Shown piece after piece: positions 6,601-13,504 of a stretch of 64,000 nt of DNA. The stretch is from Terriglobus sp. (GTDB lineage: Bacteria > Acidobacteriota > Terriglobia > Terriglobales > Acidobacteriaceae). The stretch lies in NCBI GenBank assembly GCA_965200815.1, contig OZ241387.1, forward strand, positions 17,112-81,111. The letters are read 5' to 3'. Every line of letters begins with the position of its first letter. Position 1 is the first letter of the stretch. Under the pieces are notes generated by a model. The model had not been told where the DNA came from. It worked only from the letters and a program-made list of their open reading frames with translations, and did no database searches. The position numbers were made by a program, and so were the translations under genes.

Positions 6601-8736
6601 ATCGACGCGCAGATCCAGAGCTACGTCGACCTGCTGGAGCGGGTGGACAGCGATGACCGCATCACCCGCAAGCGGCTGGAGCGCCTGAAGGAGCGCATGG
6701 AGGCCAAGCTGGAGGCGCTCGCCAGCCGCAAGGACGACATGCTGACCATCGGCGAGATCGGGGTGGATCAGCTGATCGTGGACGAGGCGCAGGAGTTCAG
6801 GAAGCTCTCCTTCGCCACCAACATGGCGAGCCTGAAGGGCATCAGCCCGGACGGTTCGCAGCGCGCCTGGGACCTGTATGCCAAGTCGCGCTACATCGCG
6901 CAGAGCCAGCCGGCGCGGAACCTGATCCTGGCCTCGGGCACGCCGATCACCAACACGATGGGCGAGATGTTCAGCCTGCAGCGCTTCATGCAGCCGGACG
7001 TGCTGGAGGAGCGCGGGCTGCACGAGTTCGACGCCTGGGCCTCGACCTTCGGCGACACGGTGACGGAGCTGGAGCTGCAGCCGTCCGGCAACTACCAGCC
7101 GGTGACGCGGTTCGCCAACTTCGTCAACGTGGCGGACCTGATTGCCATGTTCCGCTCGGTGTCGGACGTGGTGAGCAAGACCGACCTGCGCGGCTACGCC
7201 AAACTGCCGGACGTCCGCACCGGCAAGCGGCAGATCCTGACCTCTGCCACCAGCCCAGCCTTCAAGGCCTATCAGAAGATCCTGGCCAAGCGGATCGACA
7301 TCATCAAGCAGCGCAAGGGCAAGCCCGAGAAGGGGCAGGACATCCTGCTCTCCGTCATCACCGACGGCCGGCATGCGGCGATCGACCTGCGGTTCGTGCT
7401 GCCGGAGTGCGGGAATGAGGAGGGTAACAAGCTGAACAACCTGGTCAGCAACGTCCACCGCGTTTGGCTGGAGACGCGGGATCGCACCTACCGCAACCCG
7501 TTGACCGGGGAGGCCTACGCCATCCCGGGTGCGGCACAGATGGTGTTCTCGGACCTTGGGACGGAGAACGCCGCAACGACGCGGGGCTTCTCCGCCTACG
7601 AGTGGATCCGGTCCGAGCTGATCCGGCTCGGCGTGCCAACGGCCGAGATCGCCTTCATGCAGCACTACAAGAAGTCGGCCGCCAAGCAGGGCCTGTTCAA
7701 CGACGTGAACAACGGCCGCGTACGCATCCTGCTCGGCTCGACGCAGACCATGGGCACGGGGGTGAACGCGCAGCAGCGCCTGGCCGCGCTGCACCACCTG
7801 GATGTGCCGTGGCTGCCCAGCGACATCGAGCAGCGCGAGGGCCGCATCGAGCGGCAGGGCAACCAGAACGAGGAGATCGACATCTACGCCTACGCCACGC
7901 TGGGCAGCGTGGATGCCACCAACTGGCAGCTGCTGGAGCGCAAGGCGCGGTTCATCGAGGCTGCCCTGGGCGGCGACCGCTCGATCCGCCGACTGGAGGA
8001 CGTGGCCGACACCGCCAGCCAGTTCGCCATGGCCAAGGCGCTGGCCTCGGGCGACCAGCGCCTGATGCAGAAGGCAGGGCTGGAAGCCGAGTTGGCGCGC
8101 ATGGAGCGGCTGCGGGCGGCGCACTTCGACGACCAGCACGCCATCCGCCGGCAGATCACCATGGCCCGCGGCACCATCGCCCGCGCCGCGACCCGGATCG
8201 GTCAGATCGAGCAGGACATCGCGGCGAGGCAGCCCACCCGCGGCGACGCTTTCCGGCTCACCGCGGGAGAGAAGGTGTTCGACGAGCGGAAGGTCGCCGG
8301 AGAGTCGCTGCTCAGCCGCATCCGCCTCACCGAGCGGGCGCAGCAGGTCGGTCAGTGGACTCTTGCCACCCTGGGCGCCTTCGACGTGAAGATGGAGGGC
8401 ACGAGCCGGTTCAGGGGCGAGAGCTACGACCTGGAGGTTTGGATCGAGCGCACCGGCATGGAGCAGCCGGTTCGCCTGGACGGCGACCTGACAGCGCTCG
8501 GGCTGATCTCCCGCCTGGAATACGCTCTCGACCACTTCGAGGTGGAACTGGCCGAGGAGCGGCGGTCGCTCAGCGAGGCCGAGGCTCGCCTGCCCGGCTA
8601 CGAGCGCCGGGTGGGCGAGACCTTCAGCCTGCACGACGAGCTGGAGGCAAAGGCCACCGAGCTGAAGGTGCTCGAAGCCGACCTCGCCGCCAACGACAAC
8701 CGCGACACGGATCCGGATGCCGAGCAGGCCGCCTGA
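3661..8736 (+). CDS. Fused N6-adenine DNA methyltransferase / SNF2-DEAD-type helicase with C-terminal coiled coil (~1690 aa)
   Basis: Methyltransferase motifs: SAM motif ILEPGCGSGLF and catalytic GNPPFSDR (NPPF). Helicase motifs: Walker A AHAVGAGKTF, DEAQ box (LIVDEAQEFRKL), ASGTP, and helicase-C motif QREGRIERQGN. The C-terminus is E/R/A/L-rich. The ORF is open from 3559; I chose ATG 3661 because of a GAGG upstream. Confidence 0.85.
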   Translation: MNKARRSNLLQFSLFDSTALSAPLGTPSSLREQVPVPENEVRVVPSALKALTARNFRLVGDRALAPTWKGRAADNLAAIRLLREIEDEDRPITADEQAQLARFTGFGASELANTLFRRAGEAFRPGWEDMGTDLEQMVSPAELAGLMRSTQYAHYTPEFMVRAMWATLTRMGFVGGSILEPGCGSGLFLSLLPDALASKTSLTGIEADPITARIAQRLHPDAWIRPEDFTKAKLAETFDLAIGNPPFSDRTVRADDASGKLGLSLHDYFIARSVERLKPGGVAAFVTSRWTMDKTSTTAREHIAGMADLIGAVRLPQGAMMAAAGTEVVVDILFLQKRRPGQEPSGLLWDSVTEVVPAEDGESALTINRYFAQHPEMVLGEHARTSSPFGPTYTCRARDGVDTEAALGRALALVSSAARIPVSESAAAPKPKAARIVIGTAAEGATTKEGSYILLGLDLMQVVDGQAEPVAVKSATVKQGIFAKHARIIRGLIPIRDAVRSVLRAQEANEPWGQAQIRLRAAYCSFVRQFGPINQARVTTRTDEETGEVSETVRRPNLAPFLDDPDCWLVASIEDYDEDTDTAKQGPIFTQRVIHPPVEPVISSAADALAVTLHEVGHVDPDRIAELLGRPRAEVLAELGDAVFLNPSLTTEAMEVWETADAYLSGPVRTKLAAAEAVAVTEARYVRNVPALRAVQPDDLKPSDITARLGAPWMPADVVEAFVAEQMGVTVQIRHTVEIACWSFNIHAFAGIAAATSEWGTERRHAGHLLEDALNAVIPQIFDTWMEDGKERRELNAADTEAAKEKLAKIKTAFERWVWQDADRADRLSRIYNDRFNNLVPRTFDGSHLQLPGASSVIQMRGHQKRVIWRVISTGTTYIAHAVGAGKTFSMAAAIMEQRRLGLVTKAMMVVPGHCLAQASREFLLLYPNAQILVADETNFAREKRQRFLARAATGTWDCIIITHSAFKFIPAPAQFEKGLIDAQIQSYVDLLERVDSDDRITRKRLERLKERMEAKLEALASRKDDMLTIGEIGVDQLIVDEAQEFRKLSFATNMASLKGISPDGSQRAWDLYAKSRYIAQSQPARNLILASGTPITNTMGEMFSLQRFMQPDVLEERGLHEFDAWASTFGDTVTELELQPSGNYQPVTRFANFVNVADLIAMFRSVSDVVSKTDLRGYAKLPDVRTGKRQILTSATSPAFKAYQKILAKRIDIIKQRKGKPEKGQDILLSVITDGRHAAIDLRFVLPECGNEEGNKLNNLVSNVHRVWLETRDRTYRNPLTGEAYAIPGAAQMVFSDLGTENAATTRGFSAYEWIRSELIRLGVPTAEIAFMQHYKKSAAKQGLFNDVNNGRVRILLGSTQTMGTGVNAQQRLAALHHLDVPWLPSDIEQREGRIERQGNQNEEIDIYAYATLGSVDATNWQLLERKARFIEAALGGDRSIRRLEDVADTASQFAMAKALASGDQRLMQKAGLEAELARMERLRAAHFDDQHAIRRQITMARGTIARAATRIGQIEQDIAARQPTRGDAFRLTAGEKVFDERKVAGESLLSRIRLTERAQQVGQWTLATLGAFDVKMEGTSRFRGESYDLEVWIERTGMEQPVRLDGDLTALGLISRLEYALDHFEVELAEERRSLSEAEARLPGYERRVGETFSLHDELEAKATELKVLEADLAANDNRDTDPDAEQAA

Positions 8737-8791
8737 TCCCTACCGAGATCGGTTAAACGAGCATCATCTATCATCAGGAAAGCCATGGCCG

Positions 8792-9025
8792 ATGCCCTCC
8801 AACAAAGCCAGCCGCAATGAACGCATCAAGCTACTCGCGACGACCCTTAACACGATCGGCTTGGCGTTCCTGGTTCCGGGTGTCGTTGTGCCACTTGTGA
8901 CGCTGCTTTATGGAGCCGATCCACCAAAGTCTCCCTTTTGGCTTGAGGTTGCGATATGGTGGGCACTTCAGGCAGTGATCTTACATATCGGTGCGCGGAC
9001 CGTTCTCGGAGGTATCGAGGAATGA
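8792..9025 (+). CDS. Small membrane protein (77 aa, two predicted TM segments)
   Basis: MPSNKASRNERIKLLATTLNTIGLAFLVPGVVVPLVTLLYG...FWLEVAIWWALQAVILHIGA. ATG 8792 lies in the frame of the 8717 ORF, directly downstream of the methylase-helicase. Confidence 0.5.
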   Translation: MPSNKASRNERIKLLATTLNTIGLAFLVPGVVVPLVTLLYGADPPKSPFWLEVAIWWALQAVILHIGARTVLGGIEE

Positions 9026-9111
9026 CCACTCTAGAGGTTTTCGCCTTCGCTGCGCCGGCGGTCATCACGTCCGTCTGCCTGTTGGCAGTGTGGTGGCAGC
9101 TTCGCCACTGA
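9022..9111 (+). CDS. 29-aa single-TM micro-ORF translationally coupled to the preceding gene
   Basis: ATGA overlap at 9022-9025, with GGAGG at 9008-9012. Translation is MTTLEVFAFAAPAVITSVCLLAVWWQLRH, followed by an 8-bp stem-loop (about 9122-9166). It is below the ORF-track length cutoff. Confidence 0.3.
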   Translation: MTTLEVFAFAAPAVITSVCLLAVWWQLRH

Positions 9112-9242
9112 ACTCAAGGTAAGACGGGCTCAGCAGGCTCTACTGGCCTGACTCAGCCCGTCTAACATCCAGGAACGCCGCGGTCGTAGAACTGGCGAAG
9201 CCGCGTTCTTCCAGCGTGCCGCCGACTAACCTTCTCTGTTCT

Positions 9243-9432
9243 GAAATTGGGAGGAAGGGCGGTAGGAGGATGGGAGAGACGGGATGCGCTCGCAGCGCGC
9301 CCGTCCCGGCACCGCTTCGCTCCATCGCCGCCGTCGCAACCCAGCCCGTCTAGGCCGCAGCCCTGGCGGGCCGCGTCCCGTGACAGGCAGGGCCGCTCGC
9401 CGGCAATGGTGCCGGGCCGGCCGCGCTGCGGG
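9243..9432 (+). repeat. Structured intergenic repeat, copy 2 (ends 24 nt before the parB-like start)
   Basis: The core 9304-9429 is near-identical to 3045-3170. The flank 9291-9313 is complementary to 9408-9430 (21 of 23), which extends the stem beyond the conserved core. The purine-rich leader starts at GAAATT (9243). Confidence 0.7.
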
Positions 9433-9455
9433 CTCGGGAAGGGTCTTCACCAGAA

Positions 9456-11249
9456 ATGGGGAGGACGGAGATCAACCTTCCCAGGAGCGACACCGTGGAA
9501 CTCAGGACCGTCAACCCGCGCAAGCTGAAGTTCAACCCCAACAACCCCCGCCGCACCAAGGCGATGCCGGAGCAGGATGCCCAGCTTGCGGCTAACATCC
9601 TGGCCCATGGCCTGATCCAGCCGCCCCTGGTCCGCCAAGAGGGCGAGGACCTGGTGATCGTCGCCGGCGAGCGTCGCGTGCGCTGCTCGATCAAGGCCAA
9701 GCTCACCGAGATCCCCGTGCTGGTCCGAGGTGCCGACGACGGTGCCGACGCGATGCGGTCCCTGGCGGAGAACGTCGTCCGTGCCGAGATGTGCTCGGTC
9801 GACCTGTGGCGGCACGTCGAGGCCATGCTGGGCAGCGACCAGGGCTGGAACGAGCAGGGCGTGGCCACGGCGCTGAACATGAACGTCCGCTCGGTTAAGC
9901 GTCTGAGGCTGCTGGCCAGCATCCATCCGGCGATCCTCGACCACATGGCGCAGGGCGACGAGCCCGACGAAGAGGAGCTGCCGATCATCGCCAACGCTCC
10001 GCTCGAGGAGCAGGAGGCGGTCTGGAAGGCGCACAAGCCCAAGAAGGGTGGCGAGGTGAACTGGTGGATGGTCGCCAATCCGCTGCGGAAGCGTCGCTTG
10101 CTGCGCAAGCACGCCCGCTTCGACGAGGAATTGGCACGCAAGTTCGGCATCGCTTGGGAGGACGATCTGTTCGGTCCTGGGGGAGAGGACAACCTCTACA
10201 CCACCAAGGCCGAAGAGTTTTTCGGGGCACAGACCGAGTGGCTGGCCGTCAACCTGGCCGAGCTGCACCCGCGCGCCTGCATCCTGACCGTTTCCACCTA
10301 CGGCGGTGCCGAGCTTCCGACCGGTGCAGAACGCGCCTACGGCCAGGCTCAGGAGGGTGACGAGGTGGGCTACTATCTCGACCGCCATACCGGAGCCGTG
10401 GAGAGCATTCCATTCCGGACACTCGTGCGCAGCCGTGGCTCCCGCGACGGGGATACCATGGGTCTGCCCAAGACGTCCGGTGCCCGGGCCGACGTCACGC
10501 AAAAGGGCGTCGCCATGGTCGGTGACTTCCGCACCGACGCGCTGCACCAGGCGCTGCGGGAAAACGAGATCGACGATCAGACCCTGATCGGGCTGCTGGT
10601 CCTCGCCCTAGCCGGGAAGAACGTCACCGTGCAATCGACGGTCGAACGCGCGACCTTCCGGCAGATGGACGGCCGCGGCCAGGTGGCCAAGCAGGTGATC
10701 GAGGGTGGCGTGCTCACCAGCGATCCCGACACGGTGCGGACCGCGGCGCGCGCCATGCTTGGCCAGGTGCTGTCCTGCCGCGACGGCATGACCGACAGCG
10801 GTGCCGTGGCCCGCGTGGCGGGCGATGCGATCGGCGCCGACCGCTTCCTGCCGAACATGGCCACCGACGACTTCCTGAAGTGCCTCAGCAAGGGCGCCAT
10901 GGAACGGGCGGCTTCGGCCGAGCGGGTGCTACCCCGCAACACCGGCAAGGCTACGCGCGCGGCACTGATCGAGCAGATCGGGCAGGGCACCTACGTTCTC
11001 CCGGCTGCCCGCTTCGCATTGACCGGACCTGAGCTGGCCAAGCTGGAGGCCAAGGCCGTCGAGCAAGCTGCGTATGGCAGCATCGGCGAGGACGATCCCG
11101 AGGAACCGCTGGCCGATGTCGAGGAAGGCGAGAGCCTTCCCGAGGACGCCGAGGACACCGGGGCTAACGGCGAAGAAGGTGAGGATGACCTCGCCGTTAA
11201 CCTGCCGCCCCCAGGCAACAATGGCAGCTTGACCCAAGCCGCCGCGTGA
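9456..11249 (+). CDS. ParB/Srx-domain protein (plasmid/ICE ParB-like nuclease-domain protein, 597 aa)
   Basis: N-terminal ParB-fold motifs: VELRTVNPRKLKFNPNNPRR and LIQPPLVRQEGEDLVIVAGERRVRC (GERR arginine patch). A long C-terminal extension ends in an acidic tail (EDDPEEPLADVEEGESLPEDAEDTG). Confidence 0.8.
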   Translation: MGRTEINLPRSDTVELRTVNPRKLKFNPNNPRRTKAMPEQDAQLAANILAHGLIQPPLVRQEGEDLVIVAGERRVRCSIKAKLTEIPVLVRGADDGADAMRSLAENVVRAEMCSVDLWRHVEAMLGSDQGWNEQGVATALNMNVRSVKRLRLLASIHPAILDHMAQGDEPDEEELPIIANAPLEEQEAVWKAHKPKKGGEVNWWMVANPLRKRRLLRKHARFDEELARKFGIAWEDDLFGPGGEDNLYTTKAEEFFGAQTEWLAVNLAELHPRACILTVSTYGGAELPTGAERAYGQAQEGDEVGYYLDRHTGAVESIPFRTLVRSRGSRDGDTMGLPKTSGARADVTQKGVAMVGDFRTDALHQALRENEIDDQTLIGLLVLALAGKNVTVQSTVERATFRQMDGRGQVAKQVIEGGVLTSDPDTVRTAARAMLGQVLSCRDGMTDSGAVARVAGDAIGADRFLPNMATDDFLKCLSKGAMERAASAERVLPRNTGKATRAALIEQIGQGTYVLPAARFALTGPELAKLEAKAVEQAAYGSIGEDDPEEPLADVEEGESLPEDAEDTGANGEEGEDDLAVNLPPPGNNGSLTQAAA

Positions 11250-11310
11250 TCCGCCGCCCGCCCGGCTGAACCCGGGCGGGCCTTCCCCCCTGAGTGGCAT
11301 CGAGGCCCAC

Positions 11311-11586
11311 ATGGACAATCAGATCATCGCGGATCGGCTTGCCGTCCGCCGTCAGCAGGTTTCCTTCATCGAGGACCGGCTGGTGTCCGCCTGCGAACGT
11401 GCCGCCGGCCATGGTCGGCGCGGCCGCCGTCCCCCGGACGACCGGGACGCCTGGGATCGGCACACCTGGGACCGCTACCTGCGCGAGGCCGTGGTGCAGG
11501 AGCGCGAGCTTGGTGCCGACCTCCGCCGCCTCCATGGCGAGATCGCCGCGCTGGAACGGCTCTCGTTGCTGCCGCTCGCGGCCTGA
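11311..11586 (+). CDS. Hypothetical protein (91 aa)
   Basis: ATG-started ORF with high GC3 in the backbone gene train. I recognise no motif. Confidence 0.45.
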   Translation: MDNQIIADRLAVRRQQVSFIEDRLVSACERAAGHGRRGRRPPDDRDAWDRHTWDRYLREAVVQERELGADLRRLHGEIAALERLSLLPLAA

Positions 11587-11664
11587 TCCCTCCTTTCCCC
11601 GCAAGCCTATACCTCGCCCGCTTGGACGAGCCGGTGCCCCGCGGTTCAGGGGCAGAGACCAACC

Positions 11665-12156
11665 ATGCAGATCGAACTACGCAGAGTGAGCTACAGCGCC
11701 ACGCTGAGCCAGGAGACCAGCGCCTTCACCGCCAACATCTGGGTCGATGGCAGGAAGGCGGGCTCGGCCGAGAACCACGGCACGGGCGGCTGCACCAACA
11801 TCCACCCGCACGCGCTGCAGCAGCGCCTCGATGAGCATGGCAAGACGCTGCCCCAGGTGGACATTGGCAGCATGTCAGGCGGTGCGCCGAGCCTCATCGC
11901 CCAGGATGGCGAGTGGATCGTCGGTCGGCTGCTCGACAATTGGATCTTGCTGCACGACCTTCGCAAGCGCCTCAAGAACCGCGTGCTTTATACAAGGAGC
12001 GACAAGCCCGGCATCTTCACGACCAAGGTGCTGCAGCCTGGACAGCAGACGCAGATCCTCGGTTCGGCTGAGATCAAGGGCAAATGGAACGTGGCCACGT
12101 TTTTGAACAGCCTGCCGGAGGCCGAGGCCCTCGTGCTCTATCGCGAGCACGGTTGA
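11665..12156 (+). CDS. Hypothetical protein (163 aa)
   Basis: ATG 11665 with a balanced amino-acid composition (K, W, N, I present, unlike the antisense shadow ORFs). It is the last backbone gene before the cargo. Confidence 0.6.
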   Translation: MQIELRRVSYSATLSQETSAFTANIWVDGRKAGSAENHGTGGCTNIHPHALQQRLDEHGKTLPQVDIGSMSGGAPSLIAQDGEWIVGRLLDNWILLHDLRKRLKNRVLYTRSDKPGIFTTKVLQPGQQTQILGSAEIKGKWNVATFLNSLPEAEALVLYREHG

Positions 12157-13087
12157 CCATGCTCGCCTTCCTGTTCGGCATATCGACAGCGGCTTGGTGT
12201 GGAATCCGGACATAGGTTTGTCCGAGACAAAGGGCCGATTCAATGCCAGAGCAGTTCCCGTTTTCCCATCTCGATCAGTCAATTTCAGGAAAAAGGATTT
12301 GGGAACAGATTTTGGGAAACCGGCACTGCTGCCGCTGTCCTACCCCTGCCTCGAGGTCCGTCTTCCCGCTGCACGTTCCTTTGTGGGAAAGCCGGCTCAG
12401 CCGCTATCGACCTCAACCCGGACAGTCACGGCCCCATTAGACTCAGCCGGAAGCAGACACTCGGAAGAGGTAGTGCCAGGCAGCTACGCGCCGCATCTCG
12501 AACATATATAGCTACCGGTAGAGTGCTCTGAAGCGGTCGCTGGGCAGCCCGCCTAAGCTTTACGGTTTTGTGCATCGTTGCGAACCCGAACTGCAGAACG
12601 GGACGGGTTTGTCTGCACAAGAACCGCAACTCAGCGGAACATGGTTCTCGGCAGTGAACCGCGGCGCTACTAAGGCGGCGGTCTGCCGCACATTCGGCAC
12701 CAAGCGTACTGCAAAAGTCGTCCGGATCATTCGCGTGTCCTGTCGAAGGATGGGCGCGTGCGCGTAGAGCGCCGGGCCGTACTAGCCGAAGCGTGACAGG
12801 GCTCCCCTTCGACCTGGACACCCGTCCTATGCCGGCCTGCAAGGGCGGTGCCGTCGCTTGTCACGCCCGCGGTGCCAAAGGCGCAGCCCCAGGTTTGCGA
12901 CGCGATGGGAGCCGCACAACCAGGTCGCGATGCCCCGCCCCTCGATCAGCCCAAGGTTAGCGAGGGTGCGAGCCACCCGGACCATCCAGGCCGCTGCAGC
13001 GAAGCAGAGGCTTGCCGTCCCGGAATGCCAACCGGCGGCTGACACGCGGGCAGCCGTAACCGGCCGTAACGTCACCACGCCGAGACC

Positions 13088-13504
13088 TCAGCGGAAAAGG
13101 CGCCCGAGGAAGGAGTTGTTGTGCCCGGCGTCGCCGCCGTGCTGGCTTCCGCCGTGACCTCCACCGTGACCACCTTGGTGCCCAGTGTCGTAGCCCTGCC
13201 CCCAACCGGGAGGCGGGCCGGCTGGCGGGTACCCGGGCAGCGCTGTGGGCGACGCCATCCAGGGACTTTGGGTGGGCAGGAACGGACTCTGGGCCGGTTG
13301 GTTCGGCGTCTCTTGTGGCGACGGTGCAGCAAACTGGGCATTGCGCTCGATGATCTTGTCCAACTCGCCGCGGTCGAGCCACACGCCACGGCACTTCGGG
13401 CAGTAGTCGATCTCGATGCCCTGGCGGTCGCTCATCACCAGGTCCACCCGGCACCGCGGGCATGGCATGCCGGCGGCTGCCGACGATGCTGGGTTGTCAC
13501 TCAT
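13088..13504 (-). CDS. Zinc-ribbon protein with Pro-rich linker and His/Gly-rich tail
   Basis: Start MSDNPASS at 13504, overlapping the ATPase stop by 4 nt (ATGA). Two CxxC pairs (CPRCRVDL...YCPKCRGVWLDRGELDKI) indicate a TFIIB-like zinc ribbon. The tail is GHQGGHGGGHGGSQHGGDAGHNN. Confidence 0.65.
   Translation of the reverse strand: MSDNPASSAAAGMPCPRCRVDLVMSDRQGIEIDYCPKCRGVWLDRGELDKIIERNAQFAAPSPQETPNQPAQSPFLPTQSPWMASPTALPGYPPAGPPPGWGQGYDTGHQGGHGGGHGGSQHGGDAGHNNSFLGRLFR

Noticed and set aside
3091-8634. 1847-aa minus-strand ORF, the longest in the track, antisense to the methylase-helicase
   Set aside because: Its composition is dominated by Arg/Gly/Ala/Leu/His/Pro with no recognisable motif. 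The opposite frame carries complete methyltransferase and helicase motif sets. It is a typical stop-free antisense shadow in high-GC DNA.
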